Source: Pristiophorus japonicus (lineage: Eukaryota). From it: a DNA stretch of 64,000 bases. Of the stretch, positions 63,169 through 64,000 are shown one piece after another. The notes below the pieces were generated by a model that was not told the DNA's origin, did no database searches, and saw only the letters and a program-made list of their open reading frames with translations. Each line of letters starts with the position of its first letter. Position 1 is the first letter of the stretch. The translations under genes were made by a program, and so were the position numbers. The stretch is taken from contig NC_091999.1 in assembly GCF_044704955.1 (NCBI RefSeq), positions 31,434,001 through 31,498,000 of the forward strand, given 5' to 3'.

Positions 63169-63296
63169 CTTCATCAGAGTGATGGCAGCGCTGTAAAAAA
63201 TGCTCAGGAAGAACAAGATGATGAATGTGGAAGCGGTTGTCCAGATGTTGCTGCTCTCGTCCTCACACTCTTCACTCCAGATGTGGTCTGAGGAAT
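63169..63296 (-). CDS. IGHM: IgM membrane exon TM1 (rest of the gene lies beyond the window)
   Basis: cccgtag|(D)[42 protein letters not shown]|gtgag. Conserved Ig TM motif, open frame and canonical splice sites. Confidence 0.93.
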
Positions 63297-64000
63297 CTAC
63301 GGGATGTAGGGAAGGAAATATATTCAGATCGTTTGTTAATCCAAGATCTCATCTTATTATTACGTATTCTATTTTCTTTTTTTAAGGTGTTAGTTTGTTC
63401 TCTATTTTAATGTTCAATGTATGCCCTGTGTTAAGTTAATCACGCTCACTAATCTATCTGTGTTCCTAATTCCACAGTCGTTCCTTCTTTATGATCCTTC
63501 TATAGTCGGTTTTGGAAAATATGACAGTTTTCCTTCAATGTTACAGGCTAATTGATTTTGCATCAATTCCATAGGATTTACCATTCGGGAATAGTATGAT
63601 GTAATATCGAGGGAACTATACTGAATGATATCGATTAATTTAACAATAGCTTCAGATAGCTAATTATTCGGAGGCTGTCAAAGGGACAGGGTAAGACATC
63701 AGATGTGAGTTATAATCTGGATTAATTTGTGGTAGTCAAGGTTCTGAACATAATTAATTTGCATGAGTTTCCAACTAAGAACTTTGATTCAGTTTGTGTG
63801 CAGGACCAGAATATAGGAATGTAAGATATTATGGTATCAGAAATGATTTATTTAATACAATCGTTGCAGACTGTCTGTTCAAAGAATTTATTTTAATTCT
63901 ATGTTCGTCTGTTACCTGACGTATTTTTTGCACTTTAGTGTTTGTGTATGTGTGTATGACGATCTCTTCTTTTGGTGTTGTCTGTGTTTGTGTGTTGATG

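Overview
Repeat-rich vertebrate genomic DNA, almost certainly from a shark or other cartilaginous fish (inferred from the IgM exon sequences and abundant CR1 LINEs). Immune and receptor content: an apparently intact two-exon GPR139-like GPCR (- strand, 3215-6052); a GPR139-like pseudogene (+, exon 1 near 45450, exon 2 54594-55503); a P2Y/LPAR-type GPCR pseudogene split by a CR1 (-, 35052-38472); an orphan IgM CH3-CH4-secretory-tail pseudogene fragment (-, 21154-24669); the two intact-looking membrane exons of another IgM gene (-, 63022-63296); and a decayed TCR alpha/delta-type V segment with a 23-RSS (+, about 59300-59708). Mobile elements: a 9-kb decayed endogenous retrovirus (9173-18168) with two LTRs, PBS, PPT, tether plus RNase H and an env that does not look like a normal retroviral TM protein (lokiretrovirus-like by inference); a fragment of a second LTR element; a full-length Tx1 LINE nested in a CR1; an RTE LINE carrying a solo LTR with a perfect 5-bp TSD; many CR1 fragments; and mini/microsatellites. 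There are two assembly gaps. The most interesting signals are the intermixing of IgM, TCR V and GPCR genes, the unusual ERV and its env, and a tandem array of CTCF-like motifs. All calls come from reading the sequence by eye; no searches were run.
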